50,961 nt of DNA from Candidatus Micrarchaeum sp. (GTDB lineage: Archaea > Micrarchaeota > Micrarchaeia > CABMEP01): NCBI GenBank assembly GCA_020723065.1, contig DYJP01000006.1, forward strand, positions 1 through 50,961, read 5' to 3'. The first letter of the stretch is position 1, and the number at the start of each line of letters is the position of its first letter. A model generated the notes under the pieces. The model saw only the letters and a program-made list of their open reading frames with translations, ran no database searches and had not been told where the DNA came from. The translations under genes and the position numbers were made by a program. Positions 36,662-46,569 of the stretch are shown in pieces.

Positions 36662-38208
36662 TATTCCACTTTACCGAGAATTACCTTCTGCAACTCGTAT
36701 GGAGGTATTGCTTTCGCAGTTTCTATCGCGAATGATAGCTTTGATTCACTTTCAGCCACTATCTCGTAGAGAGTATCTCCCTTATTGACCTTGTCGCCCA
36801 TCTCGCAGTGAAGAATTATTCCCGCGCCCTTGTCTTTGGGGGATCCAGCAGCCCTTGCTATCTTATTTATCAGTTTGTTGTCAACATGAGAGATCCTTCC
36901 ACTCTTTTCAGCTTCGATTTTAAATCTATACTCTCCCACTGGGATATCACTTTCCCTTACGTTTGGATTTCCACCTTGCTCCTCTATTATCTCCTTAAAC
37001 TTTTTCCACGCCTTACCATTCTTAATGAGATTAAGCGCCATATCTGCTCCGGTTCCGACTGGCGCTTTGCCTATAAGTTCGAGTATGTTTCCGGCCATGA
37101 GGCAGCTTTTTTCTCTCAATTCATTTCCATCCTTCATCTGCAATGACTTCATTACTTCCAGGCATTCCAGTCCTGGCCCTATTCCGTAGCCAATCGGATC
37201 AGATCCGTCTGTTATTAAACATCTGGTTTTTATTCCGAGCTTTTCACTTATTTGTATAAAATCGTTGGCTAATGATTTACCTTCTGTTTCGTCTTGTATT
37301 TTTGCTCCCCTTCCTATTGGTATATCCACTACTAGGTATTCTGCTCCCACTGCCTTTTTCTTTCCCAATATTGAAGAAAGAAGGAGCCCTTTCGGATCAA
37401 GGTGGAGAGAATTTCTTATTCTTATAAGTTTGTCATCTACTGGCGCGAGGTTGATTGCGCCCCCCCAGGTCATGCATCCTTTAGTTTTGAGCACTACTTT
37501 CCGCATATCTTCCAGCGGAAGAATTACGGGAGCGAAAACCTCGAATGTGTCTGCAGTTCCCGATGCAGAGCTTATTGCTCTTGAAGAAGTTTTTGGAATG
37601 TACACTCCGGCTGCAGCGAGTATGGGAACTATGAGCAAGGTGGTTCTGTTTCCAGCGACTCCTCCGATGCAGTGCTTATCTGCAATCGGTCCCTTTCCAA
37701 GGTCTAAAGTCACTCCAGTTTGTACCATTGATTTTGCAAGTGAAACCGTCTCGTTTATTCCGAAACCGTTTATGTATGCCGCGGAAATGAACGATGCAAG
37801 TTCGCCTTCGCTGAGTCTGTTTTCCACGGTTTCTTTTACTATCGTGAGTATTTCTTCTTCGCTGAGGAACCCCCTATCCATTTTCTTTCTTATGTAGTCG
37901 AGCGATTTCGGAGTTGGTATATGGACTATCTCAAGCATGTCTCCTTCCTTTGTCTTGAGCTGGTCTGCGATGTCTTTGTAGATTGCGATTTCACCACGTT
38001 TCACCATGCTTTCAGATGTGTCTACTATAGCGATTATTTCTTTCGATCCGTGCTTCATGCTTACTCTGTCTGCAAGGTAGATGTCGTTGTTGTTCGCGTC
38101 TTCTTCGTTGAAGATCGCTATGTTCTTCCCAGCTTCGATATCAAGTATCTTCGCCTTGAAAATGTTTGTTTTTTGAGGAATCTTAAGTCCGTTGTTATCT
38201 CTTTTCAT
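36661..38208 (-). CDS. AMP phosphorylase
   Basis: DKHCIGGVAGN, PKTSSRAISSASGTAD, SILGKK, ARAAGSPKDKGAG; archaeal N-terminal domain present. Confidence 0.95.
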   Translation of the reverse strand: MKRDNNGLKIPQKTNIFKAKILDIEAGKNIAIFNEEDANNNDIYLADRVSMKHGSKEIIAIVDTSESMVKRGEIAIYKDIADQLKTKEGDMLEIVHIPTPKSLDYIRKKMDRGFLSEEEILTIVKETVENRLSEGELASFISAAYINGFGINETVSLAKSMVQTGVTLDLGKGPIADKHCIGGVAGNRTTLLIVPILAAAGVYIPKTSSRAISSASGTADTFEVFAPVILPLEDMRKVVLKTKGCMTWGGAINLAPVDDKLIRIRNSLHLDPKGLLLSSILGKKKAVGAEYLVVDIPIGRGAKIQDETEGKSLANDFIQISEKLGIKTRCLITDGSDPIGYGIGPGLECLEVMKSLQMKDGNELREKSCLMAGNILELIGKAPVGTGADMALNLIKNGKAWKKFKEIIEEQGGNPNVRESDIPVGEYRFKIEAEKSGRISHVDNKLINKIARAAGSPKDKGAGIILHCEMGDKVNKGDTLYEIVAESESKLSFAIETAKAIPPYELQKVILGKVE

Positions 38209-38256
38209 AGTTTCACCATTAAATAAATCTAATCAGTCTCAACTTAAAAGAATATA

Positions 38257-39159
38257 TCAACGTTTTATGTACTCTTCCGCCACGTTAGCAACGTTCTGCG
38301 GAGGTATTATTCCAGCCTCTGTAATGTACGCTCTTATATAAAGCGGATCCGTTATGTCAAATGCAGGATTTATTACCTTCACCCCCTTTATTGGTTTAGG
38401 TAGGATTTCTTTCGGCGATCTCATTTCTATATCTGTCATTTTACCGAACCTTGTGATCGGATCGAATTTGTAGATCTGGGTTGCAGAATAGAACGGAACT
38501 CTCATGTCGTGTGCCACAGTAGCGATAGTTGAAGTTCCTATCTTGTTATAAAGCGCCCCTTCTGCAGTTACCGAATCTGCGCCAACTATCACTAAGTCAA
38601 CAGACTTCATGACGTGTTTAATTGCAGAATCCACTATCATAGTTACGTCTACACCTGCATCTGAAAGTTGTTTTGCAGTGAGGTGACCCTGGTATTTCGG
38701 TCTTGTTTCGGTACAGATGACTTTTATATTTTTGTGTTTGTGTGCACGTATAAGTATGCTATTAACTGTAGTGCTGTGGCAATGAGTAAGGATAGTCTGT
38801 CCTTCCCATATTAAGTCGGCGCCGTATTCTGTTATCTTAATAAAAGATTCTGTGAACTGTTTATCATATTTTTTCAGGGTTTCTTTTGTTATCTTTTTCA
38901 TTTCCCGGACTGTATTTCCTTTTTCAATACGGGATATGAAGTATCTTATCGTATTCCTTACCATTGGTTCTGTGGATCTTAGGCTGATAAGTTTTTCGCC
39001 CATATTTTCGATTTCCTTTAAAAATAATTTTGGATCATTTGTTTTGCTTTTCTCCACGTTTATCGTGAACGCTTTCGCGCTTGCGGCTGCAACCCTTCTC
39101 GCTCCCTGGATTTTCAGTTCCTTGATGTTCTTCATTATCACGGATACTTCGCTGGTCAT
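38257..39159 (-). CDS. Ribose-1,5-bisphosphate isomerase
   Basis: IQGA, RSTEP, LTHCHS, ETRP..QG, VGAD, NKIGT, NPAFD; adjacent to AMP phosphorylase. Confidence 0.92.
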   Translation of the reverse strand: MTSEVSVIMKNIKELKIQGARRVAAASAKAFTINVEKSKTNDPKLFLKEIENMGEKLISLRSTEPMVRNTIRYFISRIEKGNTVREMKKITKETLKKYDKQFTESFIKITEYGADLIWEGQTILTHCHSTTVNSILIRAHKHKNIKVICTETRPKYQGHLTAKQLSDAGVDVTMIVDSAIKHVMKSVDLVIVGADSVTAEGALYNKIGTSTIATVAHDMRVPFYSATQIYKFDPITRFGKMTDIEMRSPKEILPKPIKGVKVINPAFDITDPLYIRAYITEAGIIPPQNVANVAEEYIKR

Positions 39160-39324
39160 ATATCTATTTATCAATATTATTTTAAATCATATCAGTATTC
39201 ATCAGCCGGAGTCTGTATAACCGCACCTAATTAAAGTGAACATATTTATTGTTTTGTATTATATATTCAGCTATATTTGATTGTTAATAAGATTTGTAGA
39301 AAAAGATTGTTTTATCGTGATTTT

Positions 39325-40461
39325 ATGGCAGAATCCCTCAAACAGATCATAGATGTTCCATTAAAGGGCGATTTGCAGCTTAATAATTTTGAAGACATGT
39401 CTGAAGAAGATAAGGAACTTCTCCAATTTTACGAATCTACCAAACCTAAGATCTATGTTTTGGGGATGGGCGGAAGTGGAAGTAATACGGTAAACAGGCT
39501 TACGCAAATCGGAATTACGGGCGCATCTATAGTCGCAATGAATACAGATGTTCAGCATCTTCTTCACACCAAAGCTGACAAGAAAATACTTTTAGGGAAA
39601 ACAATTACCAAAGGAATCGGCGCAGGCAGTGATCCAGAAGTTGGAGAGGCTGCGGCAACTGAGTCACTGGACGAGATAAAGAAAGTTCTTACGGACGCTT
39701 CCATGGTTTTTGTAACATGCGGAATGGGCGGAGGAACAGGAACGGGTTCTGCTCCAATCGCGGCAAAGGTCGCGAAGGAATTGGGTGCGCTGGTGATAGC
39801 AGTAGTAACTATGCCGTTCACATCCGAGGGGGAAAAGAGAAGGCAAAATGCTCTTAAAGGCTTGGATAAACTCAAGAAGTCTGTTGACACCATGATAGTC
39901 ATACCTAATGATAAGCTTCTCGCAGTTGTTCCGGACCTTCCGCTAGATACAGCATTCAGGGTTTCAGATGAGGTGCTTGCCAAATCCGTTAAGGGAATTG
40001 CAGAGCTCATCACTATTTCTGGATTGATTAATCTTGATCTTGCGGATCTCAAAACAATACTTAAGGATGGCGGTTATGCTATGATAGGGGTTGGCGAATC
40101 CAGTGTAGATAGTTCTTATGATGAAAGGGCGCTTCTTGCAGCAAACACTGCATTAAACAGCCCGCTTCTTGATGTTGATATTTCCACTTCCACGCGGGCG
40201 ATAATAAATGTAGTCGGTGGAGAGGACATGACACTCAAAGAAGCAGAGCTTATAGCAAAGGAAGTTTCCAAGCATATCTCCAAGGATTCCCATATTATAT
40301 GGGGGGCAAGAGTAGACAGATCCATGAAGAGATCTCAAATCCAGGTTCTTGTTGTCTTGGTTGGGGTGAAGACCCAAGATTACAATATTCCTCCAAAAGC
40401 ATCGAAAATTGCGGAAGAGTTAGAAGAAGTGAGTTTAGATGATTTGGACCTTGCGGTCTGA
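39325..40461 (+). CDS. ftsZ: Cell division protein FtsZ
   Basis: GMGGSG, NTDVQHL, GMGGGTGTG, IPNDKL, NLDLAD. Confidence 0.98.
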   Translation: MAESLKQIIDVPLKGDLQLNNFEDMSEEDKELLQFYESTKPKIYVLGMGGSGSNTVNRLTQIGITGASIVAMNTDVQHLLHTKADKKILLGKTITKGIGAGSDPEVGEAAATESLDEIKKVLTDASMVFVTCGMGGGTGTGSAPIAAKVAKELGALVIAVVTMPFTSEGEKRRQNALKGLDKLKKSVDTMIVIPNDKLLAVVPDLPLDTAFRVSDEVLAKSVKGIAELITISGLINLDLADLKTILKDGGYAMIGVGESSVDSSYDERALLAANTALNSPLLDVDISTSTRAIINVVGGEDMTLKEAELIAKEVSKHISKDSHIIWGARVDRSMKRSQIQVLVVLVGVKTQDYNIPPKASKIAEELEEVSLDDLDLAV

Positions 40462-40614
40462 TTGAATTTTTTGATTTTAATAACTCTCAGCAGGCAATTC
40501 GGGTTTCAGATGGTTTTATTTCCTACCAGATAGCATTTTTATTTCTTTTTATTATATTATATACTATACGTAGTCTTTTTGTCACACATATGATATTTTA
40601 TTGTTAGTGGTTTT

Positions 40615-40809
40615 ATGGTAACTTTCATAAAGAACATAATAAAAGGATCAAAAGAGTTTTACGAAAAGTCATTATATGTTTGGAGATTGAGCAAAAAGCC
40701 AGATAAGTATGATCTTAGGGAGAAAGTTAAGATCGTACTTTTAGGGATGTTCGTTTTGGGATTCATCGGGTTTTTCATCTCAATAATTTTCAACCTTTTG
40801 CCTAAATAA
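40615..40809 (+). CDS. secE: Protein translocase subunit SecE/Sec61gamma
   Basis: VWRLSKKP..G..GFIGF; lies between ftsZ and spt5. Confidence 0.9.
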   Translation: MVTFIKNIIKGSKEFYEKSLYVWRLSKKPDKYDLREKVKIVLLGMFVLGFIGFFISIIFNLLPK

Positions 40810-40833
40810 AGAGATAAGTTAGGGGTGTTTTTG

Positions 40834-41280
40834 ATGATATTTGCATACAGAGTGACCGCAGGACAGGAGCATATAATAATAGATATGCTCAGCCAGAAGG
40901 CTGAGAAGATGAAGGAATCTGTAGGGAGTATAATACTTTTTCAGGAAGTCAAGGGATATCTGTTCATAGAGACAGTGGACCTTTCAACTGCAAAATCAAT
41001 TTCCCAAGGGGTTCCACACATAAAGGGAATACTTTCAAAACAGGTCGACATAAATGAGATGACAAAGCTCATAGAGGAAGGAATGCAGTCAGTTGCATTT
41101 GCGAAGGGCGACATAATTGAGTTCACAAGCGGACCATTCAAGGGAGAAAGAGGAAAAATCCTCAGGATGGATGAGACGAAGGATACTCTTACTGTAGAGC
41201 TTATGGATGTAGCAGTTTCGGTTCCGATCACTGCTAAAATAAATACAGTTAAGATAATTCAGAAATCGGAAGAGGAATAA
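40834..41280 (+). CDS. spt5: Transcription elongation factor Spt5/NusG
   Basis: VTAGQE, KGYLFIE, KOW GDIIEFTSGPFKGE. Confidence 0.96.
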   Translation: MIFAYRVTAGQEHIIIDMLSQKAEKMKESVGSIILFQEVKGYLFIETVDLSTAKSISQGVPHIKGILSKQVDINEMTKLIEEGMQSVAFAKGDIIEFTSGPFKGERGKILRMDETKDTLTVELMDVAVSVPITAKINTVKIIQKSEEE

Positions 41281-41345
41281 TTTTAATCAAAGATTAAATT
41301 TGAAAAAAGGATGGCTTAAAAAAATTGAAATCTAGGTGAGTTTAT

Positions 41346-41837
41346 ATGGCAGAAATTACAGTTTCATTGCTTGTTGAAGGGGGCAAAGCGTCAGGAGGAC
41401 CGCCTCTTGCAACATCTATCGGGCCTTTGGGGGTCAATGTCAACAATATAGTAAAAGAAATAAATGACAAGACAAAGGACTTCGCAGGAGTTACGGTTCC
41501 GGTCAAGGTCATAGTGGACAAGGACTCGAAGTCGTTCAAGATCGAGATCGGAATGCCTGCAGTGGCATCCCTCATAAAGAAGGAAATAGGAATAGAGAAA
41601 GGAGCAAAGGCGGAGCCTGGTATGAAACCCTCTCCAGTCGGCGATATCTCTATTGATAAAGTAGTAAAGATTGCAAAGATAAAGATTGCATCTACAAATG
41701 CGACAGACCTCAAATCCGCAGTTTTGTCTGTTCTCGGTACATGTTTGAGCATTGGAGTAACCTGTGAAGGTCAGGATCCGCGCGTCATAGTGAAGAAGGT
41801 GAAGAAGGGAGAATTCGATGCGAGCATCAAGCAATAA
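41346..41837 (+). CDS. rpl11: 50S ribosomal protein L11
   Basis: LVEGGKASGGPPL..GPLG..GTCLSIGV. Confidence 0.97.
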   Translation: MAEITVSLLVEGGKASGGPPLATSIGPLGVNVNNIVKEINDKTKDFAGVTVPVKVIVDKDSKSFKIEIGMPAVASLIKKEIGIEKGAKAEPGMKPSPVGDISIDKVVKIAKIKIASTNATDLKSAVLSVLGTCLSIGVTCEGQDPRVIVKKVKKGEFDASIKQ

Positions 41838-43461
41838 ATTAGTCTTTTTTATTTTTTCATTTTTCTTATTCTCATTATTAGCTTCATATCCTATTCAGAT
41901 AAAGTGGAACGTCCAGACAACTGAGACGTCCGCAGGGCCAGTGTTGGGCGGGGACACCTTGTTCTCCGTTTCAAACAAAGGAGAAATAACTGCGATGAGC
42001 AGGCTTGACGGAAGAATCTCTTGGGTGGCGAATCTAAATAAGAAAGTGGAATTTTCCTCGTTATTCCACAATAACGTATTTTATGTTGGAACTGAAGATG
42101 GGCTTTATGCTTTTAATTCTGCAGGGACCCTTGTAGGAAATATTTCATTCAATTCATCAGTATCAGGTCCTCCGTTCCTTTTTGACAGCAATATCATAGT
42201 GATAACGAGAGACGGCACCATATACGTTGTTTTCCCTTCCGCATCTCTGTCCAGATCAAACATAATAAGGACAATTAAGCTTTCAGGAGAGACAGAATCT
42301 TCTGTCTATCTCTATAATAAAAAATTGTATATTTCGCTTATTAACGGAAAAATATTTTCAGTAGACCCTGCGACAGGATCCGTAGTTTCGCTTTACGATC
42401 TTGGATTCTCAGTATGGAGATCCTCTCCAGTTGTGGCTAACAACACCTTGTACGTGGCGAGTGAGCATAGCATCTTTGGGCTTACTTTGCAGGGTAAGCT
42501 GATTATGACAAAGCAGATTTCAAACGGGAACTTGAACTCAATATCTACCGATGGGGAAAAGCTTTACGTAGGTTCCGATGATGGCTACCTTTATGCTGTC
42601 AATCTGGATGGTTCGGTTGAATGGAAATACAAGACAAACAACTCAGTCAAGACAAAGCCGCTGCTGATCGGCGATTCCATTTATTTCGGTTCAAGGGACA
42701 ATAATGTTTACAGTATTTTCAAGAATGGTTCCCTGAGATGGAACATCACACTTTCGGATTGGCCAAGCGAATTGGTTTATTATAATGGAGTGCTTTATAC
42801 AACTTCTTACGATGGAAAAGTGAATGCAATTTCCACTTTAGGCTGTGAAATAATCAATCCAGAGGAGAACAGCACTGTTTTTGCAAGGCTTTCTATTGCG
42901 GGAAAAGCGATTGCAGACAGCGGCATAAAGAGCGTGGAAGTCAGAACACTTCCTGGTGAATGGCAGACGGTTTCAACTTCCGAAAGCTGGTCAAATATAA
43001 TACAGATAACTGGATTCTCGGAAGGCCCGATTTCTGTTCAGTGCAGAGTCATTGATTCCGCAGGTAACAGCGAAATTTCTCCTTACGACACTAGGTCTTA
43101 TAGCTTCGTTTTTTCTGAAGAGAAGCTTCCTAAGATAAACGTTTCATACCCCTCTTCAGTCAATGTCAAGCAGCCCATTGTGTTCCAGTTCTTTAATGAG
43201 CAGGGCACAGTGATTACAGATATCGCGGTGACTATAGACGGGGAGAAGTTCAAAGTAACAGACCCATCTGGCCAGTTCACATACATTCCACAGGACGAAG
43301 GCGTGCTTTCAGTATTTATTGAAAAGTCTAATTATCAGTCAAGGCAGCTTGAGATAAAAGTCACAAAGTCCCTAGTACAACCTATTTATATCGCCGTGTT
43401 ATTGATTGTCGCAATCATAGTGGTTGTTTATACATCTATGAGAAAAGGAACCTGGAGATAA
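41818..43461 (+). CDS. Secreted PQQ-like (BamB-type) beta-propeller protein with Ig-like domains and C-terminal TM anchor
   Basis: LYVGSDDGYLYAVNLDGSVEWKY-type repeats; signal peptide; TM followed by RKGTWR. Confidence 0.85.
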   Translation: MRASSNKLVFFIFSFFLFSLLASYPIQIKWNVQTTETSAGPVLGGDTLFSVSNKGEITAMSRLDGRISWVANLNKKVEFSSLFHNNVFYVGTEDGLYAFNSAGTLVGNISFNSSVSGPPFLFDSNIIVITRDGTIYVVFPSASLSRSNIIRTIKLSGETESSVYLYNKKLYISLINGKIFSVDPATGSVVSLYDLGFSVWRSSPVVANNTLYVASEHSIFGLTLQGKLIMTKQISNGNLNSISTDGEKLYVGSDDGYLYAVNLDGSVEWKYKTNNSVKTKPLLIGDSIYFGSRDNNVYSIFKNGSLRWNITLSDWPSELVYYNGVLYTTSYDGKVNAISTLGCEIINPEENSTVFARLSIAGKAIADSGIKSVEVRTLPGEWQTVSTSESWSNIIQITGFSEGPISVQCRVIDSAGNSEISPYDTRSYSFVFSEEKLPKINVSYPSSVNVKQPIVFQFFNEQGTVITDIAVTIDGEKFKVTDPSGQFTYIPQDEGVLSVFIEKSNYQSRQLEIKVTKSLVQPIYIAVLLIVAIIVVVYTSMRKGTWR

Positions 43462-44041
43462 GCTCAATCCTAATCGGACTTTTCCTTTTCTTTCCATAAT
43501 ACCAAACTATCCCTATTGATGTGAAGGTGAGAATCAGAGTAAAAAGTGCGATGATAGGCATATTTTCATTTGGTATTATTGGATGTGTTCCGATCACATA
43601 ATCGGCGTAGTCATTAAGTAGATAGAAGAATCCGATCAGTGCCAAATCCGCTTTGTTTAATTTGTATATTCCACTGAGTAAGAGCCCTTCGGTTAAAAGT
43701 CCTAGATGTGCCAAGAACAGGAAGGCATACATTTCCCACTGATTTCCGGAAAGGAAGTGTTCGGCGTAGAATAGTATGACAAACATCGTCCAGATTCCGT
43801 ATTTTATAGCGCCGGCTGCCCCAAACTTTGTCATGAATTGGAAGACATACCCCTTTCTTTCAGAGATTGCGCTCAAGAGAAAAAGCATTCCCACAATTAA
43901 TGCCTGAATTGGGCAATCGATTATCAGTATCCAGAAAAGAAGACTCCATTCGCTTAGCTGGCCAGAATAGTAGTATACTCCGTATACGAATCCGATCAGG
44001 TTTGCAACTGCAATCAAAAAAATCAGGGATTTATCGTTCAT
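43436..44041 (-). CDS. DUF1405-type membrane protein
   Basis: NLIG..G..YY..QL, DCP, KYGIWT, ND..DY..GTHP. Confidence 0.8.
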   Translation of the reverse strand: MNDKSLIFLIAVANLIGFVYGVYYYSGQLSEWSLLFWILIIDCPIQALIVGMLFLLSAISERKGYVFQFMTKFGAAGAIKYGIWTMFVILFYAEHFLSGNQWEMYAFLFLAHLGLLTEGLLLSGIYKLNKADLALIGFFYLLNDYADYVIGTHPIIPNENMPIIALFTLILTFTSIGIVWYYGKKRKSPIRIELISRFLFS

Positions 44042-44045
44042 TCGT

Positions 44046-44543
44046 TCACTTTTTGATTCTTTTTATTGTCTTAATCGGTACTCCACCAGCAAATTCATTT
44101 TTCTTTACGTCTTTGTTAACAAGAGACATCGCGGAGACTTTGGCTCCCTCGCCTATATTTACACCGGGAAGGATAGTGCTGTTTGCACCTATCATGGAGT
44201 CCTTTCCAATAATTACTTTTCCGATCCTGAGTTTTTCCTGCAAAAATTCGTGAGCCAAGATCGTGGTATTAAATCCTATTATTGCGTTATCGTCTATCTG
44301 GATGAGTTCAGGGAAGAAAACATCTATTGTAACTCCGAGGCCTACTGCAACACGCTTTCCTATCTTCATCCCAGTCATTCTGTAGAGTATTCGCTTGATT
44401 AGAAGTGAAGGCACGTATTTTGCAAGGTATATAAGAATGAAATTGTATATTAAAATAAGAGGATTCTTTGCTTTGTGCCAGTAGAGGAGAGAGTTATTTT
44501 TTTCTTTAGATCTGTTGAATTTTATTGATTTCAGTTTTCTCAT
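44046..44543 (-). CDS. Hexapeptide-repeat acyltransferase
   Basis: GMKIG, IGANSTILPGVNIG, SLVNKDV..GGVP. Confidence 0.9.
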   Translation of the reverse strand: MRKLKSIKFNRSKEKNNSLLYWHKAKNPLILIYNFILIYLAKYVPSLLIKRILYRMTGMKIGKRVAVGLGVTIDVFFPELIQIDDNAIIGFNTTILAHEFLQEKLRIGKVIIGKDSMIGANSTILPGVNIGEGAKVSAMSLVNKDVKKNEFAGGVPIKTIKRIKK

Positions 44544-44650
44544 GTTTTTCCCGTGAAATCCTTAACCATAAAAATGTTTTTAAATGATAGTGTTGTAATA
44601 TATACATTATTCTATATTTAGAGTAACGCACAGATCATATACTATCTGTT

Positions 44651-44681
44651 GCCCGTATCTACCGCAACACTGCGGGAGGGT
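44651..44681 (+). promoter_or_regulatory. Putative L1-binding autoregulatory site overlapping the L1 SD
   Basis: GCCC/GGGU stem, asymmetric loop GUAUCUA/GA, CCGCA/UGCGG stem; ends 6 nt before ATG 44688. Confidence 0.55.
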
Positions 44682-44687
44682 GTTTAT

Positions 44688-45317
44688 ATGATAAACGATG
44701 AAAAATTAGTAGAGGCTATTAATAAAGCCCTAGAGGAAAAAGGTTCAAGAAAGTTCGTGCAGTCCGTTGAGATGGCAGTGAATTTCAAGAACATAGATAT
44801 GACAAAGCAGGAGAACAAGCTCAATCTCGAGGTTCTCCTTCCGAAGGGAAGGGGCAAGAAAATAAATCTTATAGTCTTCGCAGACGGTAACATCGCAGCA
44901 GATGCCAAAGCGGCAGGGGCCGACTATGTCATCTCAAGTGAGGAGATACCGAAATACAACAAGAATTCTCTTAAGAAACTTGTAAGAAACTCTGAATTTT
45001 TTGCACAGCCGCAGCTCATGATGATGGTAGGTAAGACTTTCGGACAGCTTTTGGGAGGAAGAGGAAAGATCCCCAAACCAATTGTCGGAAACATAGCCTC
45101 TATACTCAAGAATGCAAAGAATACCGTTAAGCTTAAGTCCAAGGGCAAATTCCTTCCAGTGGTGCACTGCCCGATAGGTGTGGAAAGCATGTCTACGGAA
45201 GATCTCAGCGAAAACGCAAAGGCTGTACTGTCGTCGGTCAGCAACAAAGTTGGAGACGCTTCGATCAAGTCCGTGATAATTAAGCTGTCTATGGGCAAAC
45301 CTGTGAAAGTAGAGTAA
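44688..45317 (+). CDS. rpl1: 50S ribosomal protein L1
   Basis: RKFVQSVEMAVN, LPKGRG, LGGRGKIPKP, KLSMG. Confidence 0.97.
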   Translation: MINDEKLVEAINKALEEKGSRKFVQSVEMAVNFKNIDMTKQENKLNLEVLLPKGRGKKINLIVFADGNIAADAKAAGADYVISSEEIPKYNKNSLKKLVRNSEFFAQPQLMMMVGKTFGQLLGGRGKIPKPIVGNIASILKNAKNTVKLKSKGKFLPVVHCPIGVESMSTEDLSENAKAVLSSVSNKVGDASIKSVIIKLSMGKPVKVE

Positions 45318-45327
45318 GGTGATATTC

Positions 45328-46152
45328 ATGGTTAACGCAATCGAACTTAAGAAACAGATCGTCAAGAAGGTGTCAGAAGACCTCAAAGCAGCCAAGGTAG
45401 TGGCAGTCATTGACCTCCACACTTTGCCAAACGCGCTGCTTCACCAGATAAGGAAGGAACTCAAGAGTGATGCAAAGGTCTTGATATATAAGACCTCTTT
45501 GCTTAAGAGAGCGCTCAAAAATGCTAAATTAGATTCATTGCTTCCTGTCATGACAGGTGAGAAGGCACTGCTCGTGACCTCGTTGGATCCGTTCAAGCTT
45601 TACAAGAAGATGAACTCCAATCCGTTGAAGGTTTATGCAAAAGCAGGCCAGATCGCCCCTTATGATATAGTCGTTCCTGCGGGAGAGACGCAGCTTCCTC
45701 CTGGACCGATCCTTACCGAATTGAAGACTGCGGGAATAGACGCAAGGATTCAGGGAGGAAAGGTGGCAGTAGGAAAGGATTCAGTGGTTGCAAAGAAGGG
45801 TGAGGTCATCAAGGACGCGGTCGCCAAGGCTTTGCAGAAGTTAGATATAAGGCCTTTCGAAGTTAAGGTTCACGTTCCTCTCGCATCTGAGAGCGGACTC
45901 ATATACGCTGAAGAGCTTCTCAATGTTGATGAGAAGAAGATGATGGAGAATATGGTTTCTGGCTTCTATAATGCGAGAACAGTTGCTATTGAGATCGGAT
46001 ACGTAACAAAGGAGACTCTGGAAATGATGATCCAGAAGGCCTTCCGTGGAGCCAAGTACATAAGCGAGGAAAAGAAGATTCTAATGGAAGAATCAGGTAA
46101 CAATGCAGAGGGATCCCAGAATGTCGATGTCGCTGGGGGAGTTTCGGCATAA
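45328..46152 (+). CDS. rpl10: 50S ribosomal protein L10 (aP0)
   Basis: QIRKEL, AKAGQIAPYDIVVPAGET..PGP, LQKLDIRP. Confidence 0.96.
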   Translation: MVNAIELKKQIVKKVSEDLKAAKVVAVIDLHTLPNALLHQIRKELKSDAKVLIYKTSLLKRALKNAKLDSLLPVMTGEKALLVTSLDPFKLYKKMNSNPLKVYAKAGQIAPYDIVVPAGETQLPPGPILTELKTAGIDARIQGGKVAVGKDSVVAKKGEVIKDAVAKALQKLDIRPFEVKVHVPLASESGLIYAEELLNVDEKKMMENMVSGFYNARTVAIEIGYVTKETLEMMIQKAFRGAKYISEEKKILMEESGNNAEGSQNVDVAGGVSA

Positions 46153-46184
46153 GGCCTGGTTTGATTTTGTTTTGAGGTGAATTT

Positions 46185-46481
46185 ATGGAATATATATATG
46201 CCGCACTTTTACTGCACTCCGCTAAGAAAGACATAAGCGAAGATGCATTGAACGCGACAATTAAGGCCGCTGGCCTCACACCAGATCCAGCAAAGGCCAA
46301 GATGGTGGTCTCTGCACTGCAGGGTGCAAACATTGAGGAAATGTTGAAGAACGCAGCTATGCCGGTCGCAGTAGCCGCACCAGCTGGAGGAAGCGCACCT
46401 GCCGCGAAGAAGGAAGAGCCAAAGGAAGAGAAGAAATCTGAGGAAGAAGCTGCAGCAGGATTGGGTAGCCTGTTCGGTTGA
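46185..46481 (+). CDS. rpl12: 50S ribosomal protein L12 (aP1)
   Basis: [11 protein letters not shown] ... [13 protein letters not shown]. Confidence 0.98.
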   Translation: MEYIYAALLLHSAKKDISEDALNATIKAAGLTPDPAKAKMVVSALQGANIEEMLKNAAMPVAVAAPAGGSAPAAKKEEPKEEKKSEEEAAAGLGSLFG

Positions 46482-46569
46482 TTTCCTTTTTCATCTTTTC
46501 TTTTTATTTCTTTTTTCTATTTTTTCTTTTAATTCGAAATCTAGCTTCTGCTAGGTTTTTTTTCTGTTT

